Origin: Balanoglossus misakiensis
Taxonomy: Eukaryota; Animalia; Hemichordata
Direction of reading: 5' to 3'
Assembly (NCBI GenBank): GCA_040954595.2
Contig: CM082598.2
Coordinates: 558,001-622,000, forward strand
Length of the DNA: 64,000 bases
A program made the position numbers and the translations under genes. The notes under the pieces are model-generated. The model saw only the letters and a list, made by a program, of their open reading frames with translations, was not told the DNA's origin and made no database searches. Every line of letters begins with the position of its first letter. The stretch's first letter is position 1. Positions 1 to 13,034 of the stretch are shown here, in pieces.

Positions 1-292
1 CGATTTGAAATGTCTGAATCAATTTTGCACTGAAGGTGAAGGCGAAGGTCAGCTGAACGTTCCATGTGGCATGTGTGTTGACTCACTTGGAAATATCTAC
101 ATCTGTGATAGCGAGAATGATAGAATACAAAAACTGAAATCAAACGGCAATTTTGATAGCATTATGTTTCAAGGTGTTATGTCACGGCCCATCTTCATTG
201 CACTCAGTGAAGACTGCAACACAATCGCTGTTACAATGTTTAGTGAAAGTGACGCAGCGACTAGAAACCAAATCTGTTTGTTTTCCAAGTAA
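1..292 (+). CDS. 3' end of an NHL-repeat (beta-propeller) protein, TRIM2/3/71-like; truncated by the window edge
   Basis: Translation GEGEGQLNVPCGMCVDSLGNIYICDSENDRIQKL matches the NHL repeat pattern (G.G.GQF..P.GI.VD..GNIYV.D..N.RIQ); stop TAA at 290-292. Confidence 0.8.
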   Translation, partial: DLKCLNQFCTEGEGEGQLNVPCGMCVDSLGNIYICDSENDRIQKLKSNGNFDSIMFQGVMSRPIFIALSEDCNTIAVTMFSESDAATRNQICLFSK

Positions 293-2221
293 AAACACTC
301 TACAAACAAACAACGCATCTCAACAACTCAACCTCAAAAAACCACCAATTTTCACCACTTTTTAGCATCCCACACCACAACTGTGGGGCAAAATTCTCTT
401 TCCTACAACACGATGAAGAGCTTTTTTGACATCTGGATGCAAATCGTGAAAATTTTCATGAAAAAAATTAAAGAAATTTTTGGAAAATGCTTCAGAAAAA
501 AATGACCGAGCGATTCGATGACGTCACCTGAAAGGAAATCTTCACAATTTTCACTTTTTTAAAGAGTTTACCAAAGTTTCGACACCAAGTGTGACATAAA
601 AATTTTCTTCTCTCGAACCGCGCAATCTATTTATGATGGTTAGAACATACAACGTGATAATTTTGGGTGAAAATTTATGACATTTTTTTAATGCATTGAT
701 TTCTATGAGCGGATTGGGTCGATGACGTCATTGACATGATCGGAACTGCATGAAGAGATTGTCAGAATTTTTCCTGTTTTTATCAAAATTACTGAATTTA
801 AGATACACGAAATGGGCTTAAAACTTATTTGCGCATCTCAGACCATCTTGCTGAAGTTGAAATTTGCTAAAAAGTGGTGAGAATAGTTCGAGAAAAACAG
901 AATTGTTGAATGATGCAATGCATTATTTGAGTTCATGGAATACACACGTGGATGAAACTTGGGACATCCATTATTTTGATGTCGATTTCTCGTTTGAATT
1001 CTAAGAGTAGAATTTAAAGGAATACGGTGCTGATCGAAATATTCATTGGAAAGTTCAATTTCCATGAAAAGATCCCCAATTTCATTGAGTATTTTCAGGT
1101 TTTTCTGTTGAATCGAAATTCCCGCCATGGAATGCTATCAAAATGCCATCAGATTTAGAACTGTCACTATCAGAGATGAATTGTTATCAGTTTGGATTTG
1201 TTCAGAAAAAAACTGTACATTACCTGTATTTGCCATGTTTTCTATCCATGCCTGCATGATGAATAACCCTGAAATTGTTGTAAATTCTCAAGTAAACGAT
1301 GAATTAACGACAAACTCAGACCTTTGCAATACGGCGGACATTTTGATACCGATCACTGTTGTTGTTCACATGTATTTCATGTAAATGAAGTTTGCTTTAA
1401 TTCGCCACTTGGTGGCGGTATGACTATGTTTGTTTTCTTCGGAAAATTCATATACGTCATCATGTACATATCATTTCCTTTAAACTTGTATAATTTTATA
1501 TTAGAGGATAGAATTTAGTGCACTTTGACCACCGAAATGTAAGATTTCTTGCAGGATTTTTTTAAAGTTCATTTGTTCTTGTTTCACCGTCTGACAGCAG
1601 TATCTGTTGTTTTTTTATAATTTCAAAAATTTCATGGATTTCAGTAATACTTCTATTGTTTCTCTGAAATAAACAGGAAGTCCTGTTTATAACTTTTGAA
1701 TCAATGTACTTGTACTCTTCCACATGCACATAAGAAATGTACAAAATAGTTTAATGGGAATTGACTGGTGTCGAGATATATGTTAAGAAATTTTTAGATA
1801 TCAAGATTTGCAAAGTCTGAGGGAAAAGAGTACTGAAATAGAACTCCCATGTATGTATGTAAACATTTTGAGATGAAAAAATACTAAAATAATAAAACAG
1901 AAATAAATTGAGAGTTTTACATGGAAAAGTTTATAGGCTGAATCATTTTCCATCATCATCATCATGTCAGAGGTTGCAATGTCAGACTTCTACGGAGTGT
2001 TGAACACTGCATATTTAAAGAAAACATTGAGGAAAAGTAATGTTGAACTAAATACAACATTTATTGAACATCATCTCTGTACATTGATGGGCATATCATT
2101 GCAGTCTACAAAGCAAAAGAAGTCAATGCACCTTTTACAACAGCATTGATTGGAAATAGCTATATTTAATTCACTTCAAAACAGCCAGAACCTTTGCATG
2201 CAAACCATCTAAAATCTCAAC

Positions 2222-5200
2222 TTAATCAAAATAGTCTTCAATATCAATATTTGGATTAAGTAAATCCTCTCCATAGATGCTTAAATCCATTTGATTTAAA
2301 ATCAGGTTTTCAAATGTTTCTTCTAAATCAGTGTTTCCGATTAAGATGGCTCCGTACATTCTGTTGTCATGGAGAACCACTTTCACATATTCTTCACCTT
2401 GAAAGAAAAATATGAAATGATGATTAAATTGATTTTTATAATGACGACTGTAAATGTAAATGAATCAAATATCAACAAGAAACTACATGCTGAAGAGAAA
2501 TACTTCACTGCCCTCTGAGTAACCTCAACTGTGCATCACTTTCATATCACAAGTGATATGAGAATAGCATCAACAGATACAAACTTTGCCACTTGAAACT
2601 CTCACCTTGTGTAAATCGCAGTAATATTTCATAATTTTTGCCTAATCCCTGACCATTGTATTTCCCAAGCAGAACGACCTAGAATATAACCAAGAAAAAC
2701 GTTGTATCAGGTAAGACATCAATTAGTCCTGAAGATTGCTAGCTGTCGATAAAATATTTGTGAATAAAAATGCTAAAAAGTAATATAAGTTTATAAATAC
2801 CTTATAGTCAAATATTTTTGTCACATGAGCGAACAGTTCAAAGCAAAAATCCTGCAGAATCTCTTCTCCCTCCATATCAGCATGCATGCATTTGGCCGCG
2901 TAGAAACCCATCTGACGAGCTTGGGACCACAACCGCATCTGTTGATAAAAAAATTGAGTTTAAACAGGATAAGTGAGTTTGGATTACAACTGGAATGTTA
3001 CGACAGCTAGTGAAACAAAAGATTTCCATAGAGGATAGTGTCAAGGTTTTATACCTGAAACCAGTGTGGTGCAAACTCCCATGATGCACTGCATACATCA
3101 CCAGCAGCATAGATATGAGGTACATTGGTTCTCATGTGATCATCAACTAGAATTCCTCCATTTTCAGCAATATTAAACTGAAATATTAAACACAGATGAC
3201 ACCACACTAAAACACCATCGACTAATGAGCATGAGCAATGGAGTAATCTGATCACACAAACAAATACTGCTGTGACATTGTATCACTCACTTTGGCTTTT
3301 CCTTGGAATGATTCCACGTTCGGGGAAACTCCAGTGGCACTCACCACAAAATCACATCCATAGATTTTCCCGTTTGTCAGTTGAATATACACCGGCCACT
3401 TATCTGGAAAGTAAAATAATTTGTCAAGGAAAAATGTACTCTCATTTATTTTCAAGATCCAACTGATATAACTTTTGGCCCCAACAAGGAAACGCAAAGT
3501 TCATTGAGTATCTGCACCTTTTTGGAGAGGCCTATCTTCGATCTTGTCTTCGGGGATGTTCAGTTCCTTGAATTCATCCTGCGTCAACATTTTCTTCACC
3601 TCTGATTTATACTCTACGTGTAAATGATGAAGTTTTGAACCCTGGAGTAAACATGAAAAATCAATGCACACTATTATCAAAAAGAAGGATGTTTCAAAAT
3701 GGACATTTGTGTTAATGCCTGCTATAAAAATTGCACATCTGGAAATGACATAAGCTTCATCTCAGTATTAAAGATCGAGAAAGTACCTTCCTTTAGGGTA
3801 ACAGACTAGACTGAAAGATTCAGTTGTGTGCAGGCACTCTGGCAATGTCTTAGGCAGTGATCTGAAAGTGCCCACACAGGACTGAAACTTTCAGTCTAGG
3901 TGACAGACCTGTGAAACTCCTTTCATGTCCAAACCAACGCTCCAATCAGGTCCAAGAGCACCTCCTGGCAAAGCTCGACAAACACTTGCTGAGCTGTCTT
4001 CGGATTCTGATTGCAGATCTCCTGCTAAGGAATTCAGAGAAAGAAACACAAGGTATGGACATTAAAAGCCAAGGAGTTTGTCTTGACTTACACACAGAAT
4101 ATTTGGCATTTAATGATTACTGCTCATTGCGAGATCTCATGAGACTTGGTTATTACCACAGCAACAGAGTCTATGTCACAACCTACCCACAGTATACTTT
4201 GATCTTTTCAAAGGCACTTTTTCTTTAGGCTTGTCTGATTGGAGGCTTGATAGGAAGAACTGAGCAGCACCGGGGTCAAAGAATGTCGTGCTGATAGAAT
4301 CATCTTTGATTGCCCAGATTACTTCACATCCTTCGATTTCATAGCTGGAAATTTTATAAAAAAATAATATTATCAATTAATCATGAAGTTTCATTTTTAT
4401 CAAGTTCCCACAATTACTTTTTCTATTCATTCTTTTCATTGACATTCTGATGTGTGTTTTTTGAGGTGATCAAATTTGCCGGACGCAACAACATGATTAC
4501 TTACACTAGTTCTGTGGCAATACCACCGTTTCCAACAACCACGATTCGACTTGCATTCTTTAGCCTTCTCTGAAAAACCTGTATGGAAAAAATGCAAGTT
4601 TTAAAGCACTCAAACTGAGAATTTAAATCCTAGCAAAAATGAAATGACTGAGAGTTGATGTCTGTTACAAGAGAACAACCCACCTTAACACTTTCTGTAT
4701 CTCGTATTCCTAGAACATATGGGTTGTCTGTTTCAATCACTTTGGGTCTACCTCCAGAACATAAACAGAGAGAGTCGTATTGAACTTTCTCTGAGTTGGC
4801 CAGAACAACATACTGTGGAGAGAAGACAAAAGATTCTGGTAGAAAAGAATAATGGCAGTGATTACTGGAATAATTGCTGCTGCAATTCATGATCTGAAAT
4901 TCAAGATTTACTGATTTCACAAACACATACCTTTTTGTCTGGGTCAATCTCTGTCACACTGCTGTGAATAACGTTGACATTTGGAAATGCAGAGGCAAAC
5001 TGATCATGGGGTTTTTCTTCCACATCAAAAGATTCTATTGTCCTTGTCACCTAGCAACAGAAATGACACACTATGAATTTAAAGTTTGTATATTGTTTAC
5101 AAAAAGAAATCTATTGTGGCCGTGCTTTTTCATGTGTTGCCCGTAAAATGCAGAACCACTTCAAGTGTGCATAACTTTGTGTACTTACCCTCTGAAGGTT

Positions 5201-5737
5201 TGTCACTGCTTTGATCAGTGCAGATGCTGTAATCAATGTAATCGTATGCTCCGGATATAACTGGACCAACTGAAAATTCCACGAAAATAACTGAATTATT
5301 TTCATGTTACGTTATAATTTGCTATTATTACTTAGCAACCACCCAAGTGAAGATATGAGTGTCCTGCTGCTAAGGGACTAGTCAGTTTCTTCGGCCTGGG
5401 GTGGATTCTATATTGTGGGTATCAAAGAGTCACTGACCACACCCATCATTGACCATGGAAAAGTGCGTGACCCCCCCCCCCCCCCATCACACAATTCCAG
5501 AACAGGGTGACCCCCCTCGAATCTACCGCCCCCATGCCAAAGAAACTGGCCAGTCCCTAACCCTGCCCATACCCCCCACCCCCACCCACACACACACACC
5601 GACTCTCCCGGCATATTTGAAAGGACTGTTCTGGAGATTCTTGAAACAAGTAAAGAGTTACTCACAGTTTCCACGCATGTAACACCGGCTATTCCCCCAC
5701 CAACAACGACAAGATTCCCCACTGTGTCACCGGACAT
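2222..5737 (-). CDS. PYROXD1: Pyridine nucleotide-disulfide oxidoreductase domain-containing protein 1 (13 exons, ~497 aa)
   Basis: Exons (GT-AG, frame-consistent, 1494 nt): 5737-5666, 5269-5189, 5050-4931, 4812-4684, 4578-4505, 4344-4187, 4021-3909, 3641-3518, 3403-3291, 3177-3055, 2938-2801, 2678-2606, 2397-2222. Motifs: [73 protein letters not shown]-terminal [13 protein letters not shown]. Confidence 0.96.
3806..3899. repeat. Imperfect inverted repeat (~33-bp arms) in PYROXD1 intron 7
   Basis: ctagactgaaagattcagttgtgtgcaggcact (3806-3838) is near-complementary to agtgcccacacaggactgaaactttcagtctag (~3867-3899). Confidence 0.75.
5371..5560. mobile_element. MITE with ~28-bp TIRs and TAA flanks (PIF/Harbinger Tourist-like) in PYROXD1 intron 1
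   Basis: TAA-gggactagtcagtttcttcggcctgggg ... ccccatgccaaagaaactggccagtccc-TAA; ends are reverse complements with about 4 mismatches; no ORF of note. Confidence 0.75.
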
Positions 5738-6326
5738 TCTACGAAAGTTCCGATCGGGTGATCTGCACGGCTTCCGCCGTTGTCACGTCCACTCCGATCG
5801 AACGGCGGATCCGAGCGACTGGACCAAAGCCTGTAGTACTCAAAGAGAGCTTATTGTTGGTTAGATGACCCTCAGATGAGTTCAACTGTCAAGCTTCACA
5901 CATACTACACGTGTTTATGTTTACATCAGGACGACCAGACTCGTATCAACTTTGACCTCACTCACGCAAGTGATATTAGGCTCGTTCGCGGCAACAAATT
6001 ACTTGACCCACGATCAGAGTCAAATAAAGTTTCGTGAAACTTCTCAAAGTCTGTAAATTGCATCCTTTATTAAAATTCATCAAAATATTCACACATGTAT
6101 CAACATGACGTATGGAAACAAAAGTGTCCACAAAGAATAGAGACCAAAAGTACAGAATGAAATATGCCCTGCATCTCAACTGAGTTCAAAGTTTTGTTAA
6201 AGGAGAAGATTCTTTTTAGACATTACAAGAAATCCGAACACAGTTATAATTTTACAATCTCGTCAAGGACAATTAATATCTGTGTAGAACTATTACATTA
6301 ATGTATCCCCAAGACCGATCTTATAG

Positions 6327-8120
6327 TTACAAAGTTTTCTTGCAGTAATAGTCTTCATTGACAGGATCATTTCGTCCAGTGTGGAGACATACAAATCCTG
6401 CTTCATCAAGCATTTCTAGTGCTTTCTCTTTCCCCCACATCGCCCCCAACCCAAAACTATCATCTCCACAGGCAAGAGATGATGGCATGCAACGAAAGAG
6501 ACTGTTCGTGTACAAGGATCGAGCGAAGGGATTCTGGATATTATCAGCATGTTTGGTGTGTGCTGCGACGTCTTTCATAACGAAATATCCGTCATCTTTA
6601 AGAATCTTTCTGATTCCCAACAGAAGCAGGTCAGGCCGCCCTACATCGTGCACAACATCCATGCAGTAGACGACATCGAACTTTGACTTCCAAATATCTT
6701 CTTCAGCCAACTTTATAGCATCATGGAGGTGAAACGTCACGTTCGAGAGCTTCATGTTTGCTGCCCGAGATTTGGCTGCGGCGATGGACTTGTCTGCAGA
6801 ATCGACGCCGTGAAATTCACTTTGGGGGAAATCGCGAGCCAGGAAACACAACGCGGCTCCACTTCCACAACCCATATCACATACCACCGATGACGCCTCT
6901 GAAATGTAGAAACCGCTAAATAAAATATTGATCGAAATGCTTAAAGCACAACTCTGACACCTGTTGCATACACAACCGACATAAGACTGAAAGGTACAAG
7001 GTCCATATGGAAATCGACAAAGGGAAGACGAGTTTACAATGCTGCAAATGTTATTTCGAAGAAAAGAATCTGACATTTTACGCGTTCTCTTTACATAGTT
7101 AATCAAAAGAAATTTCTTGCGCAAAACCCCAAGATCTTGGCATGCAAGTTACACATGTCAATAACTATGTTCGACATCAACTCACCCAAAATGTTTCTGA
7201 TTTCTGCATTATTTGTCAGGAACTGTGGAGGACGATCTTTTAGAGTCGCTGCTGTCAAGGAATTGCACCAAGCCGGGTGAAGTAAATATTTCGAGTATGG
7301 AATTCCTGAAACAAAGAAGTACGAAAAGTTCTAAAAGTTCTAAAAGTCCAAAACTGCGATTATGTTTATGGCTTTCGTTCAGTAGTGATGTTAGAGTTAG
7401 ACAATTTCCAGCAAACGACACTCAAATGTGATGTGTCGTCTGCACCTACCATTCGGTCCGTCTTTTTGGAAGCACTGAATAATCTCCGAATACACCTCAC
7501 ATATCATCGGAATTCCTTGACAAAATAAAGCCAAGAATCCAGAGCCATCTTTGCTGCAAAGTGCGTTGTGTCGATGTGCAGGCAGATAATAGGTGTCGTC
7601 TTCAGAATTCACTTCTACGATTCCAGAGACTACCATGGATCCAAGCCATTCCCTGACGTATCTAGGCAACCATTTGATGACAAAAGGAAAGAAAAAATGT
7701 TTGAAACACACATCGAAACTGACATTGGTCTGTAACTCTATGAGAACTCTTAACATTCTCTAAACGAAACTTTGGCCTACTAGATTACTACAGTCATGAC
7801 AGTAGAAAGTTTTCATGCATGCCGAAAAACTGCGTATTACAGAAGTTAATTGTAAAATTCTTTTGTTGTGGTTCGAGACAAAGCTGTGGAACCAAACTGA
7901 AAGTTCGCAATCGGGTAATCTACCGCGCCCGTACACACCTCTCTTTGAGACCACCGGCATCTGCAATTTCGTGTGACGTTTTCGCGTCTCCAAGTGTTGC
8001 CATGGTATCGAACAGACCGGTGGCAGATCCTACTGCTATGCTAACAGTAGTGAACCCGGCCTGAACTGTTTCGAACATTCGTTTTTCAAAAGTTTCCGTG
8101 TTTTCGTCCTTTACTGCCAT
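6327..8120 (-). CDS. Class I SAM-dependent methyltransferase, Rv2258c-like (N-terminal winged helix + MTase domain), 4 exons, ~361 aa
   Basis: Exons 8120-7939, 7661-7450, 7305-7186, 6898-6327 (1086 nt, in frame). Motifs: GLFD..A....TSHEIADAGGLKERYVREWLGSMV (family N-terminus), motif I VCDMGCGSG, FHGVD, DVVHD, SLFRCMP, GLGAMWGKEKALEMLDEAGF. Confidence 0.9.
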
Positions 8121-9527
8121 TCTGGTTTCGAGGGGGTGTGTTTTTGTCTGTCCTTGGACTTTAGAATGCGCATGCTCACTAACGTCATGATTGACATCAG
8201 CATACCAGAGCTCTGTAGGGCCTACCTGTTCAGTACCTGTGTGTCTGTCTGTCTGTACAGACTGACAGACACAGAGGTACGGCCAAAACTTGAACAACTT
8301 CTACATTCCCAACCCTGAAGCTGCCAAACTTGTATAGGAAAACCTTTACTTTATCTTTATCCGTTGTTTGATAAATGCATTATGGGTAAAAAGTCAACTG
8401 CTCACCGTGGTAGAACATCTCACAAACAGCAAAACAAACAACATCACAAGAGTTTTTGCAATCGGAAACTTTATTGTTCCTCTTTCAATAAAATCATATT
8501 ATTGACATTTAAAGTACTGCACTACAAACAACAAATTATCAGAGATAATATATTAGAATTCTAAATCTGAAAATGTTTTTGATCAAGATGAAATAAAAAC
8601 CACACTTAACATAAAGTGGTGTAAAACACCTTTGATAAACTAACACTTACAAACTCATCATTAAATCTTCACTCTATGCTTCTGTGAAACATACATTTCT
8701 GTTTGATCAACATCGTTTTTTAAAATATTACAACAGACAAGAACATATTTGTGAGGTGGCTAAGCCTAATAAAACGTTAAATACACCCCTCCCTAATAAA
8801 ACACCCCAAATATTCTCACAGTTTTTGTTGAGCTTACACCTAGTACCATAAAACACTATCTGAATAAAACAGCACTGGTAAACATGGCTTAGAAATTTAA
8901 CCCGTAGTTGCAATTCTCCAATCACATGAAAAAGTGAAGAAAACACAATATATGTTTTTTGTAAATACTGTTCAGTTGACTGTACTGTTTAAATTGTTGG
9001 ACAAACACACACCAAAGAACACAGACTATGACAGATCCTGCCATAACCATACACAATGCATTGTTTACAATGCTGAAATATGTTAAAGCTATGTTGGAAG
9101 ACATCTGATGCGTCAATGTGGCTAAAATTTGCAAAATTCATACAGTATTCTGATTTCCACATAGGCACAGACCATAACAGTTCTCTTGTCTTGGTGGGAT
9201 AAAATCAACTTGTTTCATAAGTGTGATAAAAGCAGTTTTAAAAACAAACAAACAAACAAACAAGCAAACATTATTGAAAGTATCTGTTTGTCCAAGAATC
9301 AGCTGTCAATAAAATATGCCATTTAAGACTACTCAAAATCATCAATGGAGCACCATGTTCTGTTTCCACGGTAATGTTTAAAAAGAACAACCAACCATTT
9401 TGAACTTGCGTTTAAAAGATCCGAACTTCTCAAATGTTTAAAAATACCCACAAACTATGGAACTTCAGCTGTCATTTCTTAATGTTTCCTGAATCTTTCT
9501 ACCACTCGCTTTGAAAGTGGGAGATGT

Positions 9528-12105
9528 TCAAATGTGGATGTTGATTTCTTGTTCTTTAATGGCTTGGATTATTTTCCAATAGACCAGTTGTGAAGCATCC
9601 ATTCCCCAGATGAAATCCAGATGATCGAATTCTTTGATTTCATTGCTGTTCACCAGAACTTTCTGTATCTTTGGAATGAAGTTTTTCACATCTGTTGGAT
9701 CTGCTAACCAATCTTGGTCTCCCCAATACAGCGAGATCGGTGTGGTGATTTTCTCAGGATGATAAAGTGGAGGTGTTGTCTGAAAAGAAGCGAAAATTAG
9801 AAGCTATTTTTTTCAGCTGGACAGAGAAAAATCTACTTTTACCCTCAATGATCCAAGACAATACTTAAATTTCAGTCTGGACTAAAATTCTTTTGTCAAT
9901 AACAACAATGCTGGTTAGTTGTGATGATAATCTGAATACTGGACAAGAGAAAGGCAAATCATTTTGTATCATACCTGATTATAATATTTCTCATTTTCTC
10001 TGACTGTGCCATAGTTATACATCTGAAACTGGTTAGATTCTATCATCTGCAAAAAAAAAAGAAAAGATTTATTGACAAGAACATCCCTGGAAAAACAAAT
10101 TCAAATGTCTTTTAGAAATCATAAATACTACATGTCCCAACAGACAGACGTCATGTTAGACTGTAGTGCTGGCATTGTAAATTTAGTTTACAATACCTGT
10201 GCAAAGTGTACAATATTCCTGACTGAGGTTCCGGCTGGTACATGTGTGAAGTAGACTGGAAGACGAGTCTGTCAAAGAAAATGAAATGGAATTATTAAAA
10301 CAGTATGAGGTATGAACATACATAATTATGCTACCTTATATAGGACATTTACTTGACCAATGCTTGTACAGGCATAAGAAACAGACATACTTCTTTGTGA
10401 GGTAATTACCCTTTCATTACCATGGTTTGGTCCAATTCCATTGTCCTCAATGGCAATGCTGGACCTCTATACATGGAAAATGGGGGTGAAAGGGTTAAAT
10501 CAACACTTACCACATTCAGCTGCTGTGGATCCCAACCGCTCAAAACGAAAAGGATATTTTCACAGAATATCCGGGATTGCTCAGTACAAACATGATCGGC
10601 TAACCACTTCACAATTTTACTGTTTGGCAGGAAATCTCTCACACCGAAAATATCGAACAAAAGCTGAAAAAGAAGAAAAAAAGCATGAAGGGAAATTGAA
10701 GTCTTGGAGTAATACTAAATTCTACGGTCAGGGTATAAGAAAATGATGATCCTGACATTTTGATACTGCATTGATACAGTGTAGAGTACTTGAGCGAAGT
10801 TCACACACTCATAGGACTCTTAGTCTTACCTCGATTTCTGGAGCCAATCCAGCTATGTATCGAATGGGGCTTGTCACATGACCCACTGTTGCCACGGGTC
10901 CCATAGCAAACATCCATTTGATCTGTCAGCAAGAAACATACGTCACGCTTCATATGAAACAAGATTAGGTGATAGGTGCAGAGTTTAACAATAATTACAA
11001 CTTTGGAAAATGTCTCAGAGAATGTTCAGAGTCTCACCTTCTTGGCAAATTCTGGATCTCTGGAAAGTTGTGCGAAAGCGACCAATGTCCCTTGAGAATG
11101 ACCAACATAATACAACTGTTTCTGATTACTGATGTTCAGTGCAAATTGCACCATTCCTGGGATGTCGTATTGGGCCATCTCATCCCAACTGTTGAGAAAA
11201 AGATTAAAGCTCCATTAGCTGTAACGTTCCGCAATGTTTTCAGTAAATATTGACAACTTGGAGTCTTGATATTATTTGATGGAAATCATCTGACGAGGGA
11301 GGTCAGGGGATGCGTGGGGAGTGTGAAAGGAAGATAGACTTAACCTCCATGCCCAGAACTCATCTTGATCCGGTTTCAAACTGACATGCTTCCTGGAATA
11401 TGTATTCCCTCGGGCATTTCCCAACCAGACATCAAACCCTGCATCCGCCAAGATGTAAGCAAAGCTCTCATTGACCAGATTGGTCAACCAGTTGGTGGAG
11501 GAACACAGAAGTCCGTGCTGGAGGAAAATGACCGGTCTGGTTGCCATGGCGTCGGGCGAGTTCCTGCCATGTGGTATTCGCTGGACACCGAGAAGGAAAC
11601 CATCATCAGTTTTCACAGTGTATTCTTCACATGGATAGCCTTTGCTTGTGATCAGCTGACTCTGGTAATAGATAATGAATAATCATTGGTTGCAATAAAA
11701 TAAAATATAAGCTGTGACCTCTCGTAGGGTAGTATTAATAATCTTTAGGCTAATGTACCCAAAAATCGACGATGGGTGTGTAGGAAATGTGTTTCGTGGA
11801 TGTGCAGTCTCTATTCAGAAATATGTGCTATGTGGATCGTGGGTATATCCATATGCCACGAGCCATCCCCTACCCCACCGCCGTCGTCATACAACATATG
11901 AACATTTGTACATCGTCGCGGAATGTTGATTTCATAAGCCGGCCACGTACATGTACACGTGTACGAAACGAAATCGGGTCAAGGGATATATTCTTACCGC
12001 ATTCATGCGTTCCTCCGGGTCACCACTGTAGCTGAAAAATGCCCAAACTGGTGAAGAAACAGACAAGGACAATATCACCAAGAGCAAACACTCGCTAGAC
12101 GCCAT
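9528..12105 (-). CDS. Acid lipase (lysosomal acid lipase/gastric lipase family), secreted, 8 exons, ~405 aa
   Basis: Exons 12105-11998, 11661-11345, 11188-11038, 10922-10830, 10663-10511, 10268-10197, 10046-9975, 9779-9528 (1218 nt). Signal-peptide-like N-terminus; [21 protein letters not shown], nucleophile GHSQG, DWLADP (Asp), DHLDFIWG (His). Confidence 0.94.
10406..10498 (+). mobile_element. ~90-bp piggyBac-like MITE (family A), lipase intron 5
   Basis: ttaccctttca...tgaaagggttaa termini; internal catggtttggtcca..ccattgt..caatgg shared with the copies at 16706, 25791 and 39424. Confidence 0.75.
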
Positions 12106-13034
12106 GATTGAGGGAATGCGATCAAACGATACCGACCAATCGCACCAGGGGTGGGTGTGTGTGTCGATATCATGTGCACGTTGCTGTTGTTGTCGTCATG
12201 TGACTGGATCTGTGGACCGAACCATTATTTAAATAGGGCCGTGGGCTAAAACTGGGGTTCTTTGACCCAAGGCATGGTTCGCGTTTTTGCAGTGTCAAGG
12301 TGTGTTAAGACCTGGATATGAACATAAAAAATAAAACAATCAAACATTACATTACAATTTATAACTTGTTAAAATCTTAGCTGTAAAAGCTTGAAAACAG
12401 AGAAAGGTGTAAGAGATCCCCAGGTGCATCAAGGCGCTATCGAATAAACGAAAACCAAATAAACAGGGTATTTCTTGTAAAGATGTATTTTGGAAACGAT
12501 TGGTAATTTGCAGTGATTTGCGTCCCAAATAGGGGTCAAAAGGCTTTTCTTTACGGGTCAAGTTTTGTTTATCTGTTGTGGGCGCCGCCATATTGGCAAG
12601 GACTGCCTAGGTATTGTTCATTTAGGTCACCCCCTCTAAGCCATATTGAAAATTTCGGCATGTTCATTATTTTTTGTTGCGATTTTTTGTGTCGATCCCA
12701 TTTCTATATTGAACTTTATACCGTCTTATTTTGATCACAGAATAACGGTATCGCCGAATTGCTCCCGTCGTTTCACAGTCGACGTTCTCAAGTTGGATAA
12801 CTGGCCTCGGGATTTTCCAGTTTTGTCAGAAATTCGTTATTTTGGAGGGGTAGAAAATCACTTTGCACGTAGAGTCGTACGCTGTGTTGGGAGTCTCGAC
12901 TGTAGGTCTTTTGTGGAAGTAGGTGCATCAATGATCAGTGATGGATATGTGAACTTACGATGCAACATTACTTCGTTTGACTCGGAATTACTTATGATCT
13001 ACTGTTCGTAGCGAAGGAAAAACTGCAGACAACA
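12106..13034. promoter_or_regulatory. Divergent promoter region shared by the lipase (-) and ARID2 (+)
   Basis: Start codons 930 bp apart head-to-head; locally CpG-richer; CCAAT at ~12136; YY1-like gccgccatatt at ~12585. Confidence 0.55.
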
